A stretch of DNA of 12,795 nucleotides from a bacterium. Its GTDB lineage: Bacteria > Hinthialibacterota > Hinthialibacteria > Hinthialibacterales > Hinthialibacteraceae. The stretch covers positions 1 to 12,795 of the forward strand of contig JBHGBC010000170.1 in the NCBI GenBank assembly GCA_041946805.1. Reading direction: 5' to 3'. Both the position numbers and the translations under genes were made by a program. Below are positions 1 to 6,653 of this stretch, piece by piece (position 1 is the first letter of the stretch; each line of letters begins with the position of its first letter). The notes under the pieces are model-generated. The model worked only from the letters and a program-made list of their open reading frames with translations. It was not told where the DNA came from and ran no database searches.

Positions 1-302
1 AAACTGCCTTCGATCGCCGTGACGAAGCGCCATTTCTTCCCGTTGTCCGTGGACCGGAAGATCATCGAAACCGAGGGTTTGGGCGCGTTGGGGCCGAACA
101 TGTCCATCGCCGCCAGCCAATCGCCGTTGTCCAATTTGACGAGGCTGGGGCTGCCTAAATAGATCTTGGTGCAGGCCGGACTGAAGTGGATCACGTTTTC
201 CAAGGGATCCAGAATTTCGCCGGCCGCCGGGAGAGAAACGGCCGCGGCGAAAAACAGGATGGCCATGAATTGAAATACGGCGGGTCTTTTTTTGGTTATC
301 AT
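1..302 (-). CDS. Secreted BNR/Asp-box (sialidase-like beta-propeller) protein, 5' part only; runs off the left edge
   Basis: Manual translation from ATG at 302-300: MITKKRPAVFQFMAILFFAAAVSLPAAGEILDPLENVIHFSPACTKIYLGSPSLVKLDNGDWLAAMDMFGPNAPKPSVSMIFRSTDNGKKWRFVTAIEGS, open to the edge. It has a Sec-type signal peptide, an Asp-box S-x-D-x-G-x-x-W (STDNGKKW) and a GGGGAG RBS 8 nt upstream. It is missing from the ORF track because the stop lies outside the window. Confidence 0.85.
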   Translation of the reverse strand, partial: MITKKRPAVFQFMAILFFAAAVSLPAAGEILDPLENVIHFSPACTKIYLGSPSLVKLDNGDWLAAMDMFGPNAPKPSVSMIFRSTDNGKKWRFVTAIEGS

Positions 303-549
303 GAGCAACACTCCCCAAACGTTTCCAGTCGAGTATCTTGGCCCGCGCCCGGGAAAATAAGCCGCGCGGGCGGTTTCTCCATTGTTCAATGACCATCCGG
401 TTTGGGTCAAGCGCAGCCTCCGGATTCCCAGGTTCGGGTAGGCCGGCTTTGCGATCCGCGTATTTCACCATTCCACTTCACCTCGCCGGATTTCTAATGA
501 AAAATAAGCCCTGCCAGACCTAAAGAATATCGTTAGCGAGGTAGAGATC

Positions 550-2133
550 ATGACGCAGAAAAAAATGGGGAATCACACCTGGTGGTTGTCGTTTTCGGTA
601 ATCCTCTTTCTCTCCGTGATGAGTGGAGTATGGTTCATGGTTTCGGAAGCCGCCGCGCAGTCCGCCAATCATCTGGTTATTCATGTGGACCAGGGCTCCG
701 TGCAGATCAACCGCAACATCTACGGCCACTTTTCCGAACACTTGGGCCATTGCATTTACGGCGGATTGTGGGTGGGCGAAGACAGCCCCATCCCCAACAC
801 CCGCGGTATCCGCAATGACGTGGTGCAAGCGTTGAAGCGGATCAAGGTGCCTGTTTTGCGCTGGCCGGGCGGATGCTTCGCCGACGAGTATCACTGGAAG
901 GACGGCATCGGCCCGCGCGAGAAACGCCCGACCATCATTAACACCCATTGGGGCATGGTCACCGAGAACAACCATTTCGGCACGCATGAATTCATGGATC
1001 TTTGTGAACAATTGGGAACCGAACCGTACATCTGCGGGAACGTGGGCAGCGGCGAAATCACGGAAATGCAGGAGTGGGTGGAATACATGACCTTCGGCGG
1101 TCAAAGCCCCATGGCCGATCTGCGCCGCCAAAACGGCCGCACGGAACCCTGGAAAGTCCGGTACTGGGGCGTCGGCAACGAAAGCTGGGGATGCGGCGGG
1201 AATATGAAGCCCGAATACTACGCCGACTTGTACTTGCGCTTTCAAACGTATCTGCGCAATTTTCCCGGCAACCGGCTCTTCAAGATCGCCTGCGGTTCCC
1301 ATGACACCTACTACGAGTGGACCCGTGTTCTGATGCGCGAGGCGGCCCGGCAGATGAACGGCCTGAGCCTCCATTATTATTGCGGATCCGGCCGGAAAAG
1401 CCGCTCCGCCACGGAATTCGAGGAAATAGACTGGTTCGCGCAGATCGAGCGCGCCCTCGAGATGGACGATCTCCTCACCGGCCACTCCGCCATCATGGAT
1501 GAATACGATAAGGAGAAGCGGGTGGGATTGATGGTGGATGAATGGGGCGCCTGGCACGAGGTCGAACCGGGGACCAATCCCGGCTTCCTCTATCAGCAGA
1601 ATTCCCTGCGCGACGCCATGGTCGCCGCCTTGACCCTCAACATCTTTCACCATCACTGCGACCGGGTGAAAATGGCCAACATCGCCCAGATGGTCAACGT
1701 GCTGCAGGCTGTGGTCCTCACCGACGGCCCGAAGATGCTGCTCACCCCCACGTATCATGTGTTCGATATGTTCAAGGTCCACCAGGACGCCACCTGGCTG
1801 CCCACGGAACTGATCAGCGAGGATTACCAGTGCGGCAACGAAAAAATCCCCGCCTTGCACGCGTCCGCCTCGAAGGACGCCGGCGGGAAAATCCACCTCT
1901 CGCTCTGCAACTTCGATCCCAACCAGGCCCGGGAATTGACCGGTGTGCTGCAAGGCGCGACGGCCAGCCGGATTTCGGGACAGATCCTGACCGCCGACAC
2001 CATCACCGCCCACAACACCTTTGATAATCCGGAAGCCGTCAAACCCGCATCGTTCAGCGGCGCGAAGGGGCAGGGCAACCAGATCTTCGTTACGCTGCCG
2101 CCCAAATCGATCGTGGTGCTGGAGGTGGAGTGA
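550..2133 (+). CDS. abf2: Alpha-L-arabinofuranosidase, glycoside hydrolase family 51 (Abf2/Xsa-like), with N-terminal signal peptide or membrane anchor
   Basis: GH51 motifs are present: [40 protein letters not shown] (acid/base Glu), LMVDEWGAW (nucleophile Glu), [13 protein letters not shown] and [18 protein letters not shown] at 538-542. The hydrophobic N-terminus ends in AAA-Q. Confidence 0.95.
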   Translation: MTQKKMGNHTWWLSFSVILFLSVMSGVWFMVSEAAAQSANHLVIHVDQGSVQINRNIYGHFSEHLGHCIYGGLWVGEDSPIPNTRGIRNDVVQALKRIKVPVLRWPGGCFADEYHWKDGIGPREKRPTIINTHWGMVTENNHFGTHEFMDLCEQLGTEPYICGNVGSGEITEMQEWVEYMTFGGQSPMADLRRQNGRTEPWKVRYWGVGNESWGCGGNMKPEYYADLYLRFQTYLRNFPGNRLFKIACGSHDTYYEWTRVLMREAARQMNGLSLHYYCGSGRKSRSATEFEEIDWFAQIERALEMDDLLTGHSAIMDEYDKEKRVGLMVDEWGAWHEVEPGTNPGFLYQQNSLRDAMVAALTLNIFHHHCDRVKMANIAQMVNVLQAVVLTDGPKMLLTPTYHVFDMFKVHQDATWLPTELISEDYQCGNEKIPALHASASKDAGGKIHLSLCNFDPNQARELTGVLQGATASRISGQILTADTITAHNTFDNPEAVKPASFSGAKGQGNQIFVTLPPKSIVVLEVE

Positions 2134-2181
2134 TTTACGGTTTTTCACGGAAATAAGCACCGATTACCCGGAGAAAAGCCT

Positions 2182-2207
2182 GGGCGGACACCTACGTCCG
2201 CCCCTGC
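2182..2207 (-). repeat. REP-like palindrome (GTAG family, GCAG variant)
   Basis: The stem GGGCGGAC (2182-2189) pairs with GTCCGCCC (2196-2203). The minus strand reads GCAGGGGCGGAC... Confidence 0.65.
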
Positions 2208-2213
2208 AAAACT

Positions 2214-2245
2214 CCCTCACCCTAACCCTCTCCCAGAGGAAGAGG
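2214..2245 (+). repeat. BoxC-like intergenic repeat, copy 1
   Basis: CCCTCACCCTAACCCTCTCCCAGAGGAAGAGG is a pyrimidine-rich tail plus a hairpin, resembling enterobacterial BoxC. A near-identical copy lies at 12699-12730. Confidence 0.75.
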
Positions 2246-2252
2246 TTATCGC

Positions 2253-2287
2253 GGGTGGGCTCGAGGCGCGGCGCAATCCACCCTACG
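2253..2287 (-). repeat. REP-like palindrome (GTAG family)
   Basis: The minus strand reads CGTAGGGTGGATTGCGCC...GCCCACCC. GGGTGG (2253-2258) pairs with CCACCC (2278-2283). Confidence 0.6.
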
Positions 2288-2317
2288 GGCTAGCAGGAAG
2301 TCCGTGGTTCGTAATTC

Positions 2318-2345
2318 GTAGGGGCACGTTGCAACGTGCCCCTGC
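2318..2345 (+). repeat. REP-like palindrome (GTAG family)
   Basis: GTAGGGGCACGTTGCAACGTGCCCCTGC; 2320-2343 is a perfect 24 bp palindrome. Confidence 0.75.
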
Positions 2346-2362
2346 TTTGCGAAGATATAAAT

Positions 2363-2391
2363 GTAGGATGGGTTGGCGCAGTGTAACCCAT
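2363..2391 (+). repeat. REP-like palindrome (GTAG family)
   Basis: GTAGGATGGGTTGGCGCAGTGTAACCCAT; ATGGGTT (2368-2374) pairs with AACCCAT (2385-2391). Confidence 0.6.
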
Positions 2392-2483
2392 GCATGTCAT
2401 AAACAAGGTTGGGCAGAATCGCGTCTCGCGAAACCTTCCCATTATTTAGGACTCGATTCAATCCCCGCGGGGGATTCCGGTGG

Positions 2484-2514
2484 GTAGCCGTAGGTTTTAA
2501 CCTACGGCTTTTTT
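2484..2514 (+). repeat. GTAG-headed palindrome followed by a T-tract (REP-like and/or intrinsic terminator)
   Basis: AGCCGTAGGTT (2486-2496) and AACCTACGGCT (2499-2509) form a perfect inverted repeat, with a T run at 2509-2514. Confidence 0.6.
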
Positions 2515-2531
2515 CAGGAGGTTATGGGTAC

Positions 2532-3203
2532 ATGCCTAAATTCATGACTGAAACCGAATTGAACGCCCGGCTGCCCCGGTGGATGGCGGCGGTGGAGGAG
2601 TTTCGCCCCCGGTTCCGCGCCATTGACATCGCCCAAGCCGCCCTGCTGGTCATCGACATGCAGAATGATTTTCTGCTGGACGAAGGATTGCTGCCCACGT
2701 GGGGCGGGCCGGCCATCCTGCCCCGCCTGCAGCGCGTGATCGCGTCGTTCCGGAAAACGGGCCGGCCGGTCCTCTACACGCGGCACGGGTATGACAATCC
2801 CGATGTGGACGGCGGGACCACCGCCGAATGGTGGGGCATGCGGCGGGGCAGCCCGGTGCTGAATCTCGCTCTTCCCGGATCAGAGATCCACACGGCCATC
2901 GCCCCACAGCCCAACGATGTGGTCATCGTGAAACACCGGTACAACGCCTTCCATGACACCAACCTCGAATCCATCCTGAAACGCTTCCATACCCGCGATG
3001 TCCTCGTCAGCGGCGTGGCCAGCAACTGCTGCGTCGCGGCCACCGCCCACGAGGCCCTGTTCCGCGATTTCCACGTCTTCGGCCTGGCGGACGGCAGCGG
3101 GGGATCCGACGAAGCGGCCCACATCGCCACCCTGCGCGACCTGGCCTGTTTCTACGGGACCGTGTTGACCTGCGAGAGCCTGCTCCAACAACTTGGGGGA
3201 TAA
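2532..3203 (+). CDS. Isochorismatase-family cysteine hydrolase (223 aa)
   Basis: The Asp-Lys-Cys triad motifs are ALLVIDMQNDF, KHRYNAFHDT and SGVASNCCV..TA.EA..RDF. The start was moved from the track's TTG at 2409 to ATG 2532 because GGAGG lies at 2517-2521 and the upstream extension runs through the palindromes. Confidence 0.9.
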   Translation: MPKFMTETELNARLPRWMAAVEEFRPRFRAIDIAQAALLVIDMQNDFLLDEGLLPTWGGPAILPRLQRVIASFRKTGRPVLYTRHGYDNPDVDGGTTAEWWGMRRGSPVLNLALPGSEIHTAIAPQPNDVVIVKHRYNAFHDTNLESILKRFHTRDVLVSGVASNCCVAATAHEALFRDFHVFGLADGSGGSDEAAHIATLRDLACFYGTVLTCESLLQQLGG

Positions 3204-3295
3204 TGTGATCCGTGTTGCCTGATACGCGCGCGGCCCAATCCACCGGGCCTGGAATCGGGACGGAGAATGGGTAAACAAGGGCCGGAGGTACACAG

Positions 3296-3326
3296 AAAAA
3301 AGCCCTCCGCTTTGCATTGGAGGGCT
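3296..3326 (-). terminator. Rho-independent terminator for the minus-strand secreted protein gene
   Basis: The minus strand reads AGCCCTCC-AATGCAAAGC-GGAGGGCT-TTTTT, starting about 55 nt after the stop at 3381. Confidence 0.8.
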
Positions 3327-3380
3327 GGTAATTCCATGATACCGGTGATCACCGGCGGGCCGGGACAAATCCGGCGTGGA

Positions 3381-5285
3381 TCAGTATAAGGACCATTCTC
3401 CCACCGGGGTTTGCACCAGGGTGGGTATGGTAAAGGCCACGGAGATCAGTTCGCCGATGCCGCCGTCTCCCCCGCTGTCCGCCGCGAAATCGCCATCCAC
3501 GTATCCGAAGCGGCTGCCCATGATACGGTTGGTGGTGGGCGGATTGGGACCGCTCACAATCGCGTCCGTGGCCGCCAGCCAATCGTCGAAGCCGCTGGTC
3601 ACGATGTCCGTCCAATCGGGGATCGTGCCGTCCGCGGCGCGGCCCATCTCGAAGTCGGAGTTCGGGAAGGGTTTGACCGCCGCGCTGCCGTTCCAGAAAT
3701 AGAAGTCATCCACCGCCAGCCAGGCGTAGTTGCTGGGCAGGAAATCGGCGATGTAGATCTGGGCTTTTTTGCCGTAATGCTCGGGCTTGATGTAATGGCG
3801 GTATTCCGGATATTGCCACAGGTCCAGGTTGCTGGTGTTGAGGTTCCAGCCCATGCCCTGCGAGGTCTCGCGATAGATGTAATCCTCCACGCCATCGTAC
3901 GCGCCGTCGCCGTTTACATCGACTTGCAGTTCGATCGTGCTATAGACATCGGGTCCCCGCTGGCGGTTGGTTCCCTGGCAGCCGTTGTATTGGAAGAACA
4001 CATTTTGCCGGGGATCGGGGACCGCCTGGATGCGGAAGACGTCGGAACGGATTTCGATGCCGCGTAGGACGTTGTCGGCATCGATCGATTTCGTGCCGAT
4101 GTACACCTGGTCCGCCCAATTGGCATTCATCGGGCCGTAGAGCCAGGCGCTGATGTCCGGATCGCCGGGGGAACCATCGGGCAGATTGTGTTTGGTCACC
4201 GTCCAGCCGGGAATCACGCCGCCCGGCAGGGTGGTGTAATCGATCGCGTCCTGGGTGGCGGTTTTCATCTCGTCGGGGACATCCTCGAATCCCCCGTTGG
4301 TGATGTAGTTGGGATCCCAGTTCATGCGCCAGCCGTCCAACTGGATATACCAGACGGTGGAATCGTCCACGGCCACGACCTGGGCCTGGCGGCCCTCGAG
4401 GCCGGAGGTATTGAGGAAAACCGGATGCATGTTATTGTCCAACTCGCCGCCCCCGCGCGAAATCGGCGAGAAGCCCAGGACCGGCACGTCCACGCCTTCA
4501 TCATACTGGCCGTTGGGCGGTTCGGTTGCCGTGCCGACGTCGATGTACACGTAGGACAGGTTATCAGGCGGATAGACCACCCCGCTTCCACTGGGCGTGT
4601 TGGCGTAATCCGTCCGGTTCCATTTTTCCGACGCTCCGCCGCCCACCATGCCATACACAAAGCTCGTGGGCTGCAGCAGGGTAAAGGTTTCCGATTCGAT
4701 CACCGCCGTGTCCTGGTTGCCATTGACCTGGGACGAGAAGAACTGCGTGCCGTAAAAGAGTTTGGAACCGTCGGTATCGATCTCCAGCAGCTGGGCCTTG
4801 TCGGTGATGCTGCCCTCCAGCAGGGTCCAATGATTCAGGGGGACGGGATCCTCGAACAATCCGTTGGGCAGTAGATTGCTGACGACCACGCCGTCCGCGT
4901 TGTTCACCCGGATGGCCTTCACGGCGATGTAATAGTTGGCGCTTTTATCCACGATCCGCACCTTCGCGGTTTTGCCCGCGTGGGCGTCGAGGCGGATCAA
5001 ATATCGCCGCCAGCCGTTCCAGTTGACCGTGGTCTGGGCGTCCCGGCGCAGCCATTCGGTCAATTCACCGGACAGCCAATGATCCACGGTCCCGTCGGCG
5101 TCCAAATCCACGCCCACATCCACCGTGTCGGGGCTCATGACCGGGGGATCGACCAAGGCGTTCGTGCAGATATCCAGGCAAAGAAAGGCCGGCGCGTTTC
5201 CCGTGTTGTTGGTGAACGCCCAACCGCTCATGGCTCCCGCCAATCCTCCCAGGATACAAATCATGACGAAGATACGTTTCCTCAT
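3381..5285 (-). CDS. Secreted hypothetical protein (634 aa) with three ~200 aa beta-sandwich-like repeats, DxDxDG-type motifs and C-terminal TPVGEWSLY
   Basis: Long ORF with a signal peptide MRKRIFVMICILGGLAGAMSGWA. The GGGAG RBS is 7 nt from ATG 5285 but only 1 nt from ATG 5291, so 5285 is preferred. Repeated motifs: NGLFED/NGGFED/NSDFEM and GKTAKVRIVD/GRQAQVVAVD/GKKAQIYIAD. Confidence 0.88.
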   Translation of the reverse strand: MRKRIFVMICILGGLAGAMSGWAFTNNTGNAPAFLCLDICTNALVDPPVMSPDTVDVGVDLDADGTVDHWLSGELTEWLRRDAQTTVNWNGWRRYLIRLDAHAGKTAKVRIVDKSANYYIAVKAIRVNNADGVVVSNLLPNGLFEDPVPLNHWTLLEGSITDKAQLLEIDTDGSKLFYGTQFFSSQVNGNQDTAVIESETFTLLQPTSFVYGMVGGGASEKWNRTDYANTPSGSGVVYPPDNLSYVYIDVGTATEPPNGQYDEGVDVPVLGFSPISRGGGELDNNMHPVFLNTSGLEGRQAQVVAVDDSTVWYIQLDGWRMNWDPNYITNGGFEDVPDEMKTATQDAIDYTTLPGGVIPGWTVTKHNLPDGSPGDPDISAWLYGPMNANWADQVYIGTKSIDADNVLRGIEIRSDVFRIQAVPDPRQNVFFQYNGCQGTNRQRGPDVYSTIELQVDVNGDGAYDGVEDYIYRETSQGMGWNLNTSNLDLWQYPEYRHYIKPEHYGKKAQIYIADFLPSNYAWLAVDDFYFWNGSAAVKPFPNSDFEMGRAADGTIPDWTDIVTSGFDDWLAATDAIVSGPNPPTTNRIMGSRFGYVDGDFAADSGGDGGIGELISVAFTIPTLVQTPVGEWSLY

Positions 5286-5411
5286 GTCCATTCTCCCTTT
5301 TTTGGATTGATGATCTTTACCGAGATGAGAATGCAGAGATGGGTGGTTGTGGATGGTGGAACTGGGGACCGCAGTCCTGGCGCGCGGGCCCTCTCCTTTC
5401 CGGAGGTCCGC

Positions 5412-5449
5412 GCCCTCCCATTATAGAATGGGAGGGCCCTTGGATACAA
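5412..5449 (-). promoter_or_regulatory. Putative sigma70 promoter TTGTAT-N18-TATAAT, with the -10 inside an 11 bp inverted repeat
   Basis: On the minus strand the -35 is at 5449-5444 and the -10 at 5425-5420. The inverted repeat is GCCCTCCCATT (5412-5422) / AATGGGAGGGC (5427-5437). Confidence 0.55.
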
Positions 5450-5731
5450 CGTTACATGTCAATTCTGCTCCTGTACATGACCGGCCGGCCAAGATCGCCT
5501 TCGGGAGGAGGAAATCCGGGATACTGGACACATTCTTTCCCCGCGGGGATGAAAATCTCATGCCGGATCAGGACTTTTGGGTCAAGATCAGCGCAAGGGG
5601 AGAGGGAGAGGAAGAGAGGTGGCGTGAGTCTCTGCGATCCATTGGTTTGGAAGCCAGCCGGGCATTCAGGACAAAAGCGTCCGGCGGGTGAAGGAACCGA
5701 GCGCCCACCGGTCAAAAAAATTGAAAATAAT

Positions 5732-5761
5732 CTTGACAACTTCAGTCAAGTATAATAGGAT
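5732..5761 (+). promoter_or_regulatory. Putative sigma70 promoter TTGACA-N17-TAGGAT overlapped by the palindrome CTTGAC-N7-GTCAAG
   Basis: Perfect -35 at 5733-5738, -10 at 5756-5761, AT-rich UP-like tract at 5714-5731, and an inverted repeat at 5732-5737 / 5745-5750. Confidence 0.6.
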
Positions 5762-6078
5762 ACGGTTTCTTCTTTGGTATTGTACCCCCGCGTTCACCTA
5801 GGTCCGTCCTCAGAGCCGTAACTTGGTTTCTATCACTTCTTGGCCAAAACAACGCCGGGAACCTGCCCGCATGGAATGTTGCGCCTGGCCAACTTCCGGC
5901 CATTGCATTTGTTGTGTCGTGTTGGAATTTCCCGTGAATTACGTTTCCTCAACGGATATGAAATTCAGGCCGCGTGTTTATACCCACATCCGGGAGCAAT
6001 CCCCGGCGTGGAGTGAGCCGGGGGGATTTGATCCCGGGGACGCGCAGGTTTCCTACAATTTCCATGGAGAGGTGAAAT

Positions 6079-6552
6079 ATGGCGGTAAAACCTATTCCCG
6101 ATGGATTTCAAACGATCACTCCTTACTTGTATGTCAAGGGGGCCGGCCAAGCGATCGAGTTTTACAAGAAAGCGTTCGACGCCGTGGTCGTCGCGCGCAT
6201 GGATTTGCCGGGCGGCCAAGTGGGGCACTCGGAAATCCGGTTAGGAAACTCGATGTTCATGCTTTCGGACGAACACCCTGCGATGAATGTCGCGGGCCCG
6301 GAAACACGAGGAGGCGTCACCGCCTCCTTCTATGTTTATGTCGAAAATGTGGACACCTTTTTCGCCAAGGCGATGGCGGCCGGCGGAACGGAAATCCGCC
6401 CAGTCCAAAACATGTTTTGGGGAGACCGGATAGGCGTGCTGCGGGATCCGTTCGGGCATGAGTGGAGCTTTGCGACGCATGTCGAGGATGTCTCCCCGGA
6501 GGAAATGGATAAACGGATGAAGGCCGCCATGCAGGCCGGCGCGTGCGGATAA
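6079..6552 (+). CDS. VOC family protein (PhnB-like glyoxalase/bleomycin resistance)
   Basis: Typical sequence: VKPIPDGFQTITPYLYVKGA..AIEFYKKAF, HSEIRLGNS.FML.DE, FWGDR.G..RDPFGHEW..ATHVEDVSPEEM. GGAGAGGT RBS directly upstream. Confidence 0.93.
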   Translation: MAVKPIPDGFQTITPYLYVKGAGQAIEFYKKAFDAVVVARMDLPGGQVGHSEIRLGNSMFMLSDEHPAMNVAGPETRGGVTASFYVYVENVDTFFAKAMAAGGTEIRPVQNMFWGDRIGVLRDPFGHEWSFATHVEDVSPEEMDKRMKAAMQAGACG

Positions 6553-6653
6553 GGGCCGGCCGCCGGATAGAGTTGAGCGGGACGAACACCGGCCGGAGGC
6601 TTCTCCCGAACGGGAGAAGGGTGGGATATACGCTTGAGAGGGAGGAAAACAGG

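Noticed and set aside
520..2160. 546 aa minus-strand ORF
   Set aside because: It is the antisense shadow of the GH51 gene, expected from high GC3 codon bias, and has no recognisable motifs.
2182..2514. Possible CRISPR array or attC cassette array
   Set aside because: The palindromes differ from each other, spacing is irregular, and there are no cas or integrase genes in the window.
2409..2531. N-terminal extension of the cysteine hydrolase in the ORF track
   Set aside because: It runs through palindromic repeats, and the RBS supports ATG 2532.
5595..5622. Purine-rich tract resembling a reversed BoxC-like unit
   Set aside because: It is too degenerate to align convincingly with the two clear copies.
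5339..5755. ORFs of 95-138 aa in the divergent intergenic region
   Set aside because: They lack the coding-like codon bias of the real genes, have no clear RBS or motifs, and overlap predicted promoter elements.
5823..6461. 212 aa ORF overlapping the VOC gene
   Set aside because: It has a TTG start with no RBS and overlaps a well-supported gene out of frame.
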